A stretch of 64,000 nucleotides of DNA, from the IMG/VR virus record IMGVR_UViG_3300028556_000001, positions 1 through 64,000 of that record; one strand, written 5' to 3'. Numbering within the stretch: the first letter of the stretch is position 1; each line of letters starts with the position of its first letter. This DNA is from a virus. Of this stretch, positions 1 to 9,882 are shown in pieces. The notes under the pieces were generated by a model that saw only the letters and a program-made list of their open reading frames with translations, ran no database searches and was not told the origin of the DNA. The translations under genes and the position numbers were made by a program.

Positions 1-2
1 AG

Positions 3-1082
3 GTTCCGTATGCGCTCTCCAACGGGTCAGCCAAGCGCGGTGACGCCCTTTCCGCCACGAGATTCAAATGGCTGATTGACGAACTCGCCAAATCCACCCC
101 CTACGACAACTATCTGCTTGTCCGCGACGACCTTCTGATTCTCCAGCATTCCGTCCTGAAAGACTTGTCGGTCAATGGGGTGTGGGCCAAGTTCCCTGAC
201 GCCGAGGAAATGAAGGACGTGCGCCCGATGGCGGCTCTTCCGCTCTACCTCTCCCGCGTCATCCTCGAAAAGCTCGCCGCCGCCGAAGGCCCGCGCAAGG
301 ACGAGATTACATGGTCTGCCTACCTTTGCCGACTCCTACAAGACAAGGTGATTCCGCACTACGGCAATCTCATCAAATACGCCTATGTCGCGGAACCGTA
401 TGTGCAGGGCCGGGATGAAACAGGGATGATTGACGCAGTTCGGCGCGGAGCGGTCTTCCTGCAAGGCATCAACTCGCCGCGACTTCTCCAGATGGCGGCG
501 GCAGTATTCGACCAGATACACGAGGTAGTCAAAACCGTCAGGCCCCAGCGCGAGATTATGAACTCGCAGCCCTTCGGCCCACCGTCGCCACCCTTCAAGA
601 ACGCCGCCGAAGCCACCCGTCGCATTCAAGCCCCGCAAGGCGCACGCATGACGGATACTCTGCAACCTCAAGTCAATCTTCCCATCAACCAGCCCGTGTC
701 GGCTCAGGTTCGCCCAACCTTCACGGACGTTCGCCAAGGCATTCCCGAAGGGCAGATTCCCGCGCCAATGGCATCCTTCGCAGGCCAGCCCCCTCCAGCC
801 GGACTGACGCTCCAGCAGGCTCAGGCAAGGGCGGCACAAGAGAATCCGCAGGCCCAGCAAGCAGGACAAGCTGCCCAAGTCCCCACCATTGGCAACATCC
901 CGGCTGACCCTGCGGGCGCAGGCACACCGCCCCCGAAAGGCGTTCCCGCCCCCGCATCCCTGAATGTCTCGACCGGCCCAAGGCCCACTCCGGCGTCAAA
1001 AACCGCCCAAGGAGCCACGGAAGCACCCGCATCCGCATCATCCAAGACAGAACCCGCTATCGCCGTTTCTGCTGGCAAATAG
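3..1082 (+). CDS. 5'-truncated protein, possible glycosyltransferase-like N-terminal region plus Pro/Ala/Gln-rich tail
   Basis: Frame is open from position 3, upstream of the ORF-track start at 165; contains NYLLVRDDLLIL (DxD-like) and lies near a GT cluster; C-terminus is low complexity. Confidence 0.45.
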   Translation, partial: VPYALSNGSAKRGDALSATRFKWLIDELAKSTPYDNYLLVRDDLLILQHSVLKDLSVNGVWAKFPDAEEMKDVRPMAALPLYLSRVILEKLAAAEGPRKDEITWSAYLCRLLQDKVIPHYGNLIKYAYVAEPYVQGRDETGMIDAVRRGAVFLQGINSPRLLQMAAAVFDQIHEVVKTVRPQREIMNSQPFGPPSPPFKNAAEATRRIQAPQGARMTDTLQPQVNLPINQPVSAQVRPTFTDVRQGIPEGQIPAPMASFAGQPPPAGLTLQQAQARAAQENPQAQQAGQAAQVPTIGNIPADPAGAGTPPPKGVPAPASLNVSTGPRPTPASKTAQGATEAPASASSKTEPAIAVSAGK

Positions 1083-1092
1083 GAGGCCATTT

Positions 1093-1380
1093 ATGCCATG
1101 CACCGACTGGAATAGGAGTAGTGATTGTTCAGAAGTCTGTTCAGAAATTAAGAGTCGCTTAGACGCGGTTACGCATAACCTATGCTCTCTTTGCGCCCAT
1201 ATAGAGTCAGTGGGAATGCTTCATTTATTACAGGAAACAGAAGGAAGCCTGTTGGCTTGGTGGGAGGAGCATAAGATTTTGGACGCGGCTCGATTGGCAA
1301 TCGAGAAACAACACAAGACATTGGAAGATTTGCGTCGCGATGCGCTTGCGAAACTCTCCCAAGAAGAACGAAACCTATGA
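1093..1380 (+). CDS. phage hypothetical protein
   Basis: AGGAGG RBS at 1081 before ATG 1093; stop overlaps the next start (ATGA). Confidence 0.6.
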   Translation: MPCTDWNRSSDCSEVCSEIKSRLDAVTHNLCSLCAHIESVGMLHLLQETEGSLLAWWEEHKILDAARLAIEKQHKTLEDLRRDALAKLSQEERNL

Positions 1381-2006
1381 GTGAGACAAAACCAGATTGG
1401 AAGGATTCCAGAATCGCCAATTTAAAGAGGTGGATTGACCTCATGGAGAAATCCATGAGCGACCATCCCCTTGTCATCGTGCGAAACAAGCTCAAGGAGA
1501 TGTTTTGCACACAGCAATGGACGAAAGTGAAAAAGGCAGCAATGCAGCCAAGAAGCATCGGGAGTGAATCCGACTTTCGACGTGACCCAAATTTCCACTT
1601 CAGTTTGATTACTCATCCGAACTTGCCCAACGGATGCAAGTTGAAGTCCTTTATTATTCGCAAGGAGGTTAGTGGAAGTGGCATGAATTATCGTTCTATT
1701 TTCACCCATCCCGATAACTTTCAGTCAATTAAAACGACTCCATCATATAACGATATTGATGCTAGAGTCTATTTTACTCTAACGAAGAAAAATAAAAAGA
1801 AGGCGCATTTAGACGCATCAAAGGACATCGCTAAAGCGGCTTCGTTTCATAGCGTAAAAGCAGCATTTGAATTTATTGAGGAATATGGCATACAAGATTG
1901 CCAAGTCATCGCCACGGCCTCCGAGCTTTACGAACGGTCGTTTCTGCCCAAGCCGACAGTTGCGCCGAAACCCAAGAAGTCGAAGAAGTCATGTTCGTCC
2001 AACTGA
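1377..2006 (+). CDS. hypothetical protein
   Basis: 209-aa ORF coupled to neighbours. Confidence 0.55.
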   Translation: MSETKPDWKDSRIANLKRWIDLMEKSMSDHPLVIVRNKLKEMFCTQQWTKVKKAAMQPRSIGSESDFRRDPNFHFSLITHPNLPNGCKLKSFIIRKEVSGSGMNYRSIFTHPDNFQSIKTTPSYNDIDARVYFTLTKKNKKKAHLDASKDIAKAASFHSVKAAFEFIEEYGIQDCQVIATASELYERSFLPKPTVAPKPKKSKKSCSSN

Positions 2007-2410
2007 CGCCAACTTGGCCAGTCCTCGTTGAAGCCCTTGACGGCAAGCCCGGAGGTAAAGGCACTGCCGTAGCCGTCATAGACTACTCCGAGAACCATCA
2101 TCTCATCTTCGTCGTCACAATGGACGACACGGGCGAGTTCTGGTGCGTGCCGAACACCCGGATGAAGGCGCAACGGAATTGGACGATGGGCAGGCCGGAT
2201 AAGGAATTAAAACCATTGCCGGAGTTGAAGCCTGAAATGTTTGTGGATAAGCCTAGGCCATTTTGCTGCGAGGAATGCGGGAAGGACTTGAATCGCCCGC
2301 GAGTTACCGTTTATCGCGCACCAGATTCCGCCACCCCATTTTGTTCCAAGAAATGCTGCAAAAATTATGAGAAGAATCTGGATATTCCTTTGGCGAAACT
2401 TCACCCATGA
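1991..2410 (+). CDS. phage hypothetical protein with C-terminal Cys-rich zinc-finger-like motif
   Basis: ATG 1991 (MFVQLTP); CEEC...FCSKKC; ATGA overlap with the next gene. Confidence 0.6.
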   Translation: MFVQLTPTWPVLVEALDGKPGGKGTAVAVIDYSENHHLIFVVTMDDTGEFWCVPNTRMKAQRNWTMGRPDKELKPLPELKPEMFVDKPRPFCCEECGKDLNRPRVTVYRAPDSATPFCSKKCCKNYEKNLDIPLAKLHP

Positions 2411-3732
2411 CCGCGCTCGCCGACCACATTCCTTCCTTTTCCGCCCAAGGAGTCCTGCACACGGACATCCCGAATGAAACCCTGTCCGGCAACTACGTCA
2501 AATTCAACGGCAGCATCATAGACTGGGAAGGCCGCAGGCTCATGGGCTACCGCCGCTACGACCTCAAGCATGGGCGAACCAACCTCGCCATCTCGGAACT
2601 CGGCGCGGACTGGATGCCCACCGGCAATCACTGGATACCGAGCTTCCCAACCCCACTCGGCAACGAACGCTTTGAGGACGTGCGCCTCTTCATCCACAAA
2701 GACCGCCTCTGGATGTCCTGCTCGGAGGTCTATGACAAGGCGAACTCTAAATACTGGCGGTGCAATCAGAGATGCTACCGGCTGGACAAGAACTTCAACC
2801 CCGACCGCGACCTCAAAATCCAAGTCGGCAGGAACTTCGTGGAAACCGAGAAGAATTGGATGTTTTTCTCCTCTGGCGACCAACTCTACTTCATCTACGA
2901 CATCACGAACGCCCATGTCTATCGGGTGAACGACGAAACCGGGGCGGTCTTGGGCAAATGGGAGGGGCAGAGGTTCAAGTGGCCGTTCGGCCATATGCGG
3001 GGTGGCACCGCGCCCATCAGACTCGCCGACAACACCTTCCTGACCTTCATTCACTCCTCCACCGACTCGGCCTCGAATCACCAGTGGCTCAAGCGCAGAT
3101 ATTCCATGTCAGCGGCGACCTTCTCCGCCACGGAACCCTTCCAAGTCCTGACGCTCTCACGGGAACCTATCCTCTACGGCACGCGCCACGAACCCTACTG
3201 CGGGTCGGGCAACTCTACTTGCATCTTCCCCTCCGGCATCATCCACGACGGCCCGGCATGGCACGTCTCCTGCGGGGTAAATGACACCCTCTCCACTGTC
3301 CTACACCTACACCAAGACCAGATTTTCAAGAACATGGTGGCTGCCGGGGAGTTCTACCGAGACCCGCGCACGTTCTGGCTAACGAGCCACCCCCGTGCCA
3401 TCCTCTGCACGGCAGCCCCGGAATACGACTGGCAACACGGCCTGATGAGTAAGCGGCGCAGAAATACCCACCTGTGGTCAACGGCTGACGTATTTGCCAT
3501 ACGGGACTTGCGGAGCGACCCAAGGATGGAGGAGATAACGGCCAAGGAGTATGAGGAGTTGATGCCGAAACAAATTCGTTCAAGTGTGCTTGTGAATCGC
3601 GCGGATATAGCTAAGATGTATGAATCTCCCGCAGGCACCAAGACAGGCAAAATCTTCCCCGGCACCACCCGCATTCTTCCCGGTCAAAACCAACCACCAA
3701 CCTCCAAGGCAATAGCCACGGTAAAATACTGA
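2407..3732 (+). CDS. five-bladed beta-propeller glycoside hydrolase/phosphorylase-like protein (GH130/mannosyltransferase-like)
   Basis: Motifs FEDVRLF, EKNWMFF, MRGGTAPI, IFPSGI, VSCGVND. Confidence 0.65.
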   Translation: MTALADHIPSFSAQGVLHTDIPNETLSGNYVKFNGSIIDWEGRRLMGYRRYDLKHGRTNLAISELGADWMPTGNHWIPSFPTPLGNERFEDVRLFIHKDRLWMSCSEVYDKANSKYWRCNQRCYRLDKNFNPDRDLKIQVGRNFVETEKNWMFFSSGDQLYFIYDITNAHVYRVNDETGAVLGKWEGQRFKWPFGHMRGGTAPIRLADNTFLTFIHSSTDSASNHQWLKRRYSMSAATFSATEPFQVLTLSREPILYGTRHEPYCGSGNSTCIFPSGIIHDGPAWHVSCGVNDTLSTVLHLHQDQIFKNMVAAGEFYRDPRTFWLTSHPRAILCTAAPEYDWQHGLMSKRRRNTHLWSTADVFAIRDLRSDPRMEEITAKEYEELMPKQIRSSVLVNRADIAKMYESPAGTKTGKIFPGTTRILPGQNQPPTSKAIATVKY

Positions 3733-3733
3733 A

Positions 3734-4336
3734 ATGAACGAATCATTAACAGCACCATTGGTTGGGGAATTTGTTGAGTTCCCAAAAATCGCCCGCCTTT
3801 CTCGTGAAGTAATAATTAGTGAGAAAATTGACGGCACCAACGGGCAAATCTACATCGGCGAAGATGGCGAGTTCTTTGTCGGCAGCCGCACTCGTTGGAT
3901 TACGCCATCTGAAGACAATTACGGATTTGCGAAGTGGTGCTTTGAAAACCGCGATGAATTGCTCAAACTTGGCCCCGGTCGTCATTTTGGCGAATGGTGG
4001 GGCGGCGGCATTCAACGGGGATACGGACTTCCCAAAGGAGAAAAGCGATTCAGTCTTTTTAATTCCTCTCGCTGGCGTAAGCAGGGAGATGGAAAGCCGA
4101 TGCTGGACAAGCAGCAGTTTTGCCCAGACTGTTGCTATGTTGTTCCTGAACTCTACCGGGGGATATTTTCTTCTGAGGAATGCGACTACGCCGTTGCCGC
4201 ATTGCGGATTTCTGGAAGCGTCGCCGCCCCCGGATTTATGAAGCCAGAGGGAATTATTTGTTACCATACGGCTGCTGGTATCAGTTTTAAGAAAACCATC
4301 GAAAAAGACGAATCTCCAAAATCAATATCACCATGA
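3734..4336 (+). CDS. RNA ligase (Rnl2-like nucleotidyltransferase domain)
   Basis: Motif I EKIDGTN, then GSR, FGEW, FSLF, PEGII. Confidence 0.8.
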   Translation: MNESLTAPLVGEFVEFPKIARLSREVIISEKIDGTNGQIYIGEDGEFFVGSRTRWITPSEDNYGFAKWCFENRDELLKLGPGRHFGEWWGGGIQRGYGLPKGEKRFSLFNSSRWRKQGDGKPMLDKQQFCPDCCYVVPELYRGIFSSEECDYAVAALRISGSVAAPGFMKPEGIICYHTAAGISFKKTIEKDESPKSISP

Positions 4337-5193
4337 CACTCGAACAAGCGATTTCCGCCTACATTCCGCAAATGCCCGGCTGGTCAACGCCGGAGAAGTG
4401 CCAAATTTTGGCCGATTGCATCCTCTCAACCAAATGTAAGTTGAGCGTGGAAATCGGGGTCTTCGCTGGACGTGGACTCATTGCAATGGGCATGGCTCAC
4501 CGGGAACTGCACCACCGTGGTGTCGAAGGCACCTACGCGACGGGCGTTGACCCTCTCCTAGCCGCCCCATGCCTTGAGGGTGATGGCCATTCCAATTTGG
4601 ACGTGGAGTTCTGGAACGACCAAGACAAGCTCGACCAGATGCACGCCTACTGCCTGAATGCCATCGAAGGCCCGAACTCCCACCACATCGCGGAATGGTG
4701 CAGGTTTCTCAGGATGCGCTCGGACGAGGCGGTTAAGCTCTTCGCCGACAGCTCCATCGGGGTCTTGCATCAGGACTCCAATCACTCCGAGAAGATTTCC
4801 TGCGACGAGGTGGCGCGGTGGGCACCGAAGATGCTGCTTGGTTCCTTCTGGGCCATTGATGATTCTGACGACCAACGCCAAGTCAAAGCGATGCAGATGC
4901 TACTCGATTACGGTTTCGTAGAGGTCAAGGACGCTGGCAAGTGGAAATTGTATCGTCTAGACAGCCGGAAGGTGGTGAACCCGGAGCCGCCAGTAGAGCC
5001 ACAGGTGGCTGAGATGCAGGTTCTCACAACAGACAGCACGCTTACACTGCCAGCCGAACCCACGCCCGACTCGGTTCCTTCCGTGCCTGACCCTACGCCA
5101 GAACCCAGCAATCCCGTCGAGCCGCCAGCCGAACCCGTCGCTCCCGCTCAGGAACAGACCTTGCAGCCGGAGGCCGTAAGTGAAGGGACGTAA
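4333..5193 (+). CDS. class I SAM-dependent methyltransferase (Methyltransf_24-like) with Pro/Glu-rich tail
   Basis: VEIGVFAGRG motif I; LHQDSNHSE; AIDD. Confidence 0.75.
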   Translation: MTLEQAISAYIPQMPGWSTPEKCQILADCILSTKCKLSVEIGVFAGRGLIAMGMAHRELHHRGVEGTYATGVDPLLAAPCLEGDGHSNLDVEFWNDQDKLDQMHAYCLNAIEGPNSHHIAEWCRFLRMRSDEAVKLFADSSIGVLHQDSNHSEKISCDEVARWAPKMLLGSFWAIDDSDDQRQVKAMQMLLDYGFVEVKDAGKWKLYRLDSRKVVNPEPPVEPQVAEMQVLTTDSTLTLPAEPTPDSVPSVPDPTPEPSNPVEPPAEPVAPAQEQTLQPEAVSEGT

Positions 5194-5395
5194 TCCAGTT
5201 TATCGCGGTGGCCCCAAGGACGGAGAGCAACTTCGTCCCTTTGAGGACAAGCATCCTACTGTCTCTATTCTCCATGAGGACGGCCCTAATGCCGTCGCTC
5301 AGTATGACCTCGCGCCGGGTGGTAGTGTCTGGAGGTTCAAGGGACGGCTCACCAAGGGTTCGCCGAAGAAAATGCAAAGAAAGAAAAATTCATAA
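5180..5395 (+). CDS. small hypothetical protein
   Basis: GGPKDG motif typical of small phage proteins; overlaps the upstream stop. Confidence 0.45.
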   Translation: MKGRNPVYRGGPKDGEQLRPFEDKHPTVSILHEDGPNAVAQYDLAPGGSVWRFKGRLTKGSPKKMQRKKNS

Positions 5396-5481
5396 AAAAG
5401 AAGTTTTCAGAGTCGAAAAAATCCCCCTAGGCGTCAAGTCAAAACCCGTCAAAATCCAAACTTTAACAGACAACTCTGTCT

Positions 5482-6219
5482 ATGTCCGCAGTCAATGTCC
5501 ATCTCATGGGAGGTCTAGGAAATCGCTTGTTCCAATACTGCGCGGCCCGCGCCTACGCCGAGAAATACGGCTACACCCTGCACGTTCCCGAATCGGTGCT
5601 GGACAAGATTTTCGACATTGACCATCCCCGCCCCACCCAAGACCTTCCCCGTTTGAACGAGGACACCGCCAATGGTCAAGAAGGGGGACTCTACGGCTAC
5701 TTTCAAAACCAGAAGTCCATTGACTTATACACGAGGACGAAGGCCCGTGGGTGGCTACGATTTAGGCCGGAAATTTTGGACATGATGAGTGAAACCCACA
5801 GATTCCCGCTTGTGATTCATAGGCGTGCTGGAGATTATAGAGCCTTAGGGTATCCAATTCCTTCATACAAATCATACGATAATGCTCTTCGTGAGAATTT
5901 CCGAGAAGACATGGGGGTTCATTTGGTTAGTGATGAGTTTCCATCAAAGGCCAGAAAATCACCTAATATAGTTATTCAACTCCAAGATGAGATTTCATTT
6001 CTTCCTGATTTCTTCGTGATGATGTATGCTGATGTCTTATTTCGCGCCAACTCCACCTTCAGTTGGTGGGCACACGTTCTAGGACGGGACGACCAGCGCA
6101 TCTTCTCACCCGTGATAGACGGTAAGGGCGGTGGAGAAGTGGATTGTGGGTTTGTGGAGGGCAACCATCCGAAGTTTTGTGAGCTACCCGGAATAACCGA
6201 CCTTCATCTCGCCCCATGA
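5482..6219 (+). CDS. GT11 alpha-1,2-fucosyltransferase-like protein
   Basis: GGLGNRLFQY, GYFQ, HRRAGDY, ANSTFSWWA. Confidence 0.85.
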   Translation: MSAVNVHLMGGLGNRLFQYCAARAYAEKYGYTLHVPESVLDKIFDIDHPRPTQDLPRLNEDTANGQEGGLYGYFQNQKSIDLYTRTKARGWLRFRPEILDMMSETHRFPLVIHRRAGDYRALGYPIPSYKSYDNALRENFREDMGVHLVSDEFPSKARKSPNIVIQLQDEISFLPDFFVMMYADVLFRANSTFSWWAHVLGRDDQRIFSPVIDGKGGGEVDCGFVEGNHPKFCELPGITDLHLAP

Positions 6220-6755
6220 ATTTCAAATCATACTCTCAAATTGGTCAGGATAAATGGGTTTTCGACCTCATCGGCGAGAAGGGAACATTCCTCGACATCG
6301 GAGCCTCCCACCCTACAGAGTTGAGTAACACAAAAGGATTAGAGGAGATTGGCTGGTCTGGGATTTGCGTGGAGGTCGAGCATTCCATGTGTGACCTACT
6401 CCGTGCCCAAAGAAAGGCCATGATTATCGAGGAGGACGCCACCAAGATAGACTGGCGGAAATACTTTTCGCCGCACATAAACCAACACGAGATAGACTAT
6501 CTTTCGCTCGACATAGACGCCGCCACACTTGATGCCCTCCAGAACCTCCCCCTCCAGTGGATGAAATTCAAGGTTATCACGGTCGAGCATGACGCCTACC
6601 GGATGCCACCGGAGTTCCGGGACGGCATTCGGGAAATTCTCACCCGCAACTACTACTACCTCGTCAGGCCGGACGTGTGCTGCACGCCCGGAATGCCGAT
6701 GGAGGATTGGTGGACAACGCCAGAACTTGCCGATAAAACAAGGAATCTTCCATGA
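6216..6755 (+). CDS. FkbM-family methyltransferase
   Basis: YSQIGQD, FLDIGA, SNT..LE..GWSGICVE, IDYLSLDID, VITVEH. Confidence 0.78.
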   Translation: MNFKSYSQIGQDKWVFDLIGEKGTFLDIGASHPTELSNTKGLEEIGWSGICVEVEHSMCDLLRAQRKAMIIEEDATKIDWRKYFSPHINQHEIDYLSLDIDAATLDALQNLPLQWMKFKVITVEHDAYRMPPEFRDGIREILTRNYYYLVRPDVCCTPGMPMEDWWTTPELADKTRNLP

Positions 6756-7420
6756 AAATCAATGACTATTTCGACGGGGTGTATTGCATAAACCTTCCGA
6801 GCCGTGCCGACCGCCGCAAGCACGCCGAGGAACAGTTTAACAAGCACGGCCTGAATGTGAGGTTCTGTGATGGCATTCCGGGAGATAGTTTTAGGGACAT
6901 TCGAGGTGGGGATACAGATTATGACCGGGGATTCCGCGGGAACATGGGATGCACCGCTAGTCATCGAGCCATCCTAGACATGATTGCCAGAGAGGGATGC
7001 CATCGGGGACTCGTATTCGAGGATGATGTTGAGTTTGTTACAGATGACCTCCAACGGGATTTTGCGGCATGGATTAGTGAGGTTCCGCAGGACTGGCAGA
7101 TGCTCTACTTGGGGGGCTCGTTTCAAGAAGACCCACTCTACCGAGTGAGTGCTCACGTCGTCCGCACGAGAGACATGATGACCACCAGCAGTTACGCTGT
7201 GACTGGCGCAGCAGCCAAACACATTGCGCCCCATGTTTGCGGAGTAGGCCCAATAGACTCCATATACCAACAATTCAACCGGGAACTCCCTACATACATC
7301 TTTACCCCTAGGCTTGCAGTGCAATACGAGAATATGTCAGATATTCAAAGTAGGGTGATGAATAACTCAATGAGTATGCTCGACGCCGGACACTTAAATA
7401 GACTTGATAAAAAAACATGA
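6752..7420 (+). CDS. GT25 glycosyltransferase
   Basis: YCINLPSRADRR, GCTASH, LVFEDD, DWQMLYLG, PID. Confidence 0.85.
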   Translation: MKINDYFDGVYCINLPSRADRRKHAEEQFNKHGLNVRFCDGIPGDSFRDIRGGDTDYDRGFRGNMGCTASHRAILDMIAREGCHRGLVFEDDVEFVTDDLQRDFAAWISEVPQDWQMLYLGGSFQEDPLYRVSAHVVRTRDMMTTSSYAVTGAAAKHIAPHVCGVGPIDSIYQQFNRELPTYIFTPRLAVQYENMSDIQSRVMNNSMSMLDAGHLNRLDKKT

Positions 7421-8346
7421 GCAACTGGACTATATGTTTCGTTACCAACCGTCAGATTTGCGGGATGGATTGGTTTGCGGATGCGCTTTGCCGCCAATGC
7501 CCCGACGGGAATTTCCCGCAGGTAATCATTGTGGACTCCGTTTCATGGAGACTCGACCCCGAGATGCGTAAAATCGAATGGGCAAATGCCGTTAAGGGGC
7601 GGTTTGAATATACGCTTACCACCCCTAAGCCGACCGTCTGGCAAGGGCCGCACCGTCTGACCACGCAGGACTACTTCGCGCCATCCAATGCCCGCAATAC
7701 TGGCATACTGCTTTGCAAAACCTCCTACCTCTACTTTATTGATGATGTCTCGGTGATGCTCCCCGGCTTTCTCGACAACGTGAGGCACGCCGCACAGCAC
7801 GGCTACATCATGGGGGGGTCTTACAAAAAGGTCTTTGAATTGAAAGTTCGTAACGGCCTGATTGAATCATGCCGTGAGCACGCCGGGGGAGTTGACTCGC
7901 GGTGGAGCAGGGGTTCCGACAGCGGGATTGTGCCCCTCAATGGCGGTTCCCTGTTTGGTTGTTCGTGCGGATTCCCGATTGAAGCTCTTTTACAAGTTGG
8001 CGGCTATGATGAGATGTGTGACTCCCAAGGCGCAGAGGATTATAGCCTCGGAATCGCTCTCGAAAAGCACGGCTACAAGCTATTTTACAATAGAAACGCC
8101 TGCACCTACGAAAGTGAAGAATTGCATGGTCAGCTTCCCGTGATGAAGCGGATTATCAAGCCCGGCAACCCTGACGCTTCGCACGTCCATCTTAATCGCC
8201 TGCTGGCCGACCCGCGCCCGGTAGCTAATACAAAGTATTTCAATATCCGCGAATTGCGCCAGAAGATTCTCGCCGGGGAGCCATTCCCGATACCAACCGA
8301 GCCTTCGCGCCATTGGTTTGACTCCGAACCACTTGCCCTAATGTGA
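7417..8346 (+). CDS. GT-A fold glycosyltransferase (GT2/GT7-like)
   Basis: VIIVD, ARNTG, YFIDD, VGGYDE, GAED. Confidence 0.75.
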   Translation: MSNWTICFVTNRQICGMDWFADALCRQCPDGNFPQVIIVDSVSWRLDPEMRKIEWANAVKGRFEYTLTTPKPTVWQGPHRLTTQDYFAPSNARNTGILLCKTSYLYFIDDVSVMLPGFLDNVRHAAQHGYIMGGSYKKVFELKVRNGLIESCREHAGGVDSRWSRGSDSGIVPLNGGSLFGCSCGFPIEALLQVGGYDEMCDSQGAEDYSLGIALEKHGYKLFYNRNACTYESEELHGQLPVMKRIIKPGNPDASHVHLNRLLADPRPVANTKYFNIRELRQKILAGEPFPIPTEPSRHWFDSEPLALM

Positions 8347-8393
8347 TTCTTGACAATCTAGGGCGTTTCACTCAAATTTAACCCATCCAGCCC

Positions 8394-9413
8394 ATGAATC
8401 ACGCCGTCCTCGAATTGCAACCGCCGCCGTTTAATCGCCTAGCCGCGAGGATGCGCGAGCCGCAGACTTGGGCTTTGCTGATTGGCTTGTTTGCCGCGTC
8501 TTTCGTCGCCATGTGGCTTGCGGGGTGTTCCGCCGTCAGCTACTCGCCCCCGGTCTTGGGCGGCGGGTATTCCGAGGTGACGACCATCAAGCGCGAGATG
8601 GCCACCGACGCCAAGGGCAACCTGACGCCGGGAAATCTGACCATCGTTACCCAGCGGAATCTCCAGCAGAGCCAGAATGCCAAGACCCCCTCCACCCTGT
8701 CGAGCAAGGGGTTGGATTACGCCTTTGGCATCGGGGCCGACAATACGCACGCCCGCGAACTCTCGCCGGAGGAAGCGGTATCGCTGGGGACGACGACCCC
8801 CGCAACCGTTACGATTCCGCCGCCACCGGATTACACGAAATACATCCTCATCGGCGCGGGCATCTTGATTACCCTGATTGGCGTTGGCCTCGCCGGAGCC
8901 TCGGCCTACCCCGCATTCATCCTCTTTGCGCCTCTCCTGCGCTCCATTGGCACGGACTTTGGCATCTTTGGGGCCGCACTCATCCTTGTGGGGGTCTTTA
9001 CCAAGGAGCTAGAAGGACTGGTTTGGTTCCTTGGGGCTGGAATTGTCATCGTGCTGATTTACGTGGCCTACACTAAGCTCTCGGCCCACAAAGCTACCCT
9101 GACTGCCGCCGCCACCTCAAACACCGCCTCCACGACCACGACGACCTCTACAACGGCCTCGCCCGCAGCCTCTACAACGGTTTTGCCTATATCCGTAGCC
9201 TCACCCCTTGCTTCGGACGCTGCCACGGCCCTAAAGAACGTGGAAGCGGGCCTATCTGCGGTTGCCGCTAAGGTGGAATCGCTGATTTCAACCCCCAAGC
9301 CAGCCGTCGCCACCGTAACCCCGGTTGCCGCCGTTGTCGTATCCTCCACTCCAGCCTCTTCCTTGGCCACCCCTGCGCCGTTGACTCCTTCAGACGCCGC
9401 CCCCCAACCCTAA
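8394..9413 (+). CDS. putative lipoprotein with several TM helices and Ala/Thr/Ser/Pro-rich tail (possible lysis protein)
   Basis: Hydrophobic segment ending in the LAGC lipobox; about three later hydrophobic helices. Confidence 0.55.
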   Translation: MNHAVLELQPPPFNRLAARMREPQTWALLIGLFAASFVAMWLAGCSAVSYSPPVLGGGYSEVTTIKREMATDAKGNLTPGNLTIVTQRNLQQSQNAKTPSTLSSKGLDYAFGIGADNTHARELSPEEAVSLGTTTPATVTIPPPPDYTKYILIGAGILITLIGVGLAGASAYPAFILFAPLLRSIGTDFGIFGAALILVGVFTKELEGLVWFLGAGIVIVLIYVAYTKLSAHKATLTAAATSNTASTTTTTSTTASPAASTTVLPISVASPLASDAATALKNVEAGLSAVAAKVESLISTPKPAVATVTPVAAVVVSSTPASSLATPAPLTPSDAAPQP

Positions 9414-9775
9414 TGGGCGGAACCCCCATAGAGAAATTCTTCGCCAAATGGGGTATAACCATTGCTGGCGGTTTGCTTATCGCCATGCTCTGTGGCGCGG
9501 CAGACAAGGTTTACACGACCGTCATGCAGACGAGCATCACGCAGACAAAATTGGACAACGTGGAGGTGCTACTGACGAAACTTGAGGAAGGACAAACCAA
9601 TTTGTATAGAACCCTCTCGGAGTGGAGGTCAGCCACCGACCAGCGATTAACAGCCCTCGAACAACACAACACCGACCAGCAGCAGAACAATACCGAGCAG
9701 CATTTTAACAACGCGGCCCAGAAGCAAAATAACACCGACCAGCAACAGAACTCCGCCGCCGCCAACTTGAAATAA
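9413..9775 (+). CDS. membrane-anchored coiled-coil protein with N/Q heptad repeats
   Basis: N-terminal TM; repeats HNTDQQQ NNTEQHF NNAAQKQ NNTDQQQ; TAATG coupling. Confidence 0.6.
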   Translation: MGGTPIEKFFAKWGITIAGGLLIAMLCGAADKVYTTVMQTSITQTKLDNVEVLLTKLEEGQTNLYRTLSEWRSATDQRLTALEQHNTDQQQNNTEQHFNNAAQKQNNTDQQQNSAAANLK

Positions 9776-9882
9776 GTCGCACTCGTTCTAGGCTCGGTGC
9801 GCTGATAGCCAGATTCTTTCCTCCTGCTCTTTGGGTAGTGGTACAGTTTGCCCTCCGAATGCGTCAGAAACCCTCCATTGCC

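Noticed and set aside
5396-5481. GTCAA repeated in the intergenic gap before GT11
   Set aside because: Too short and A-rich to distinguish from chance
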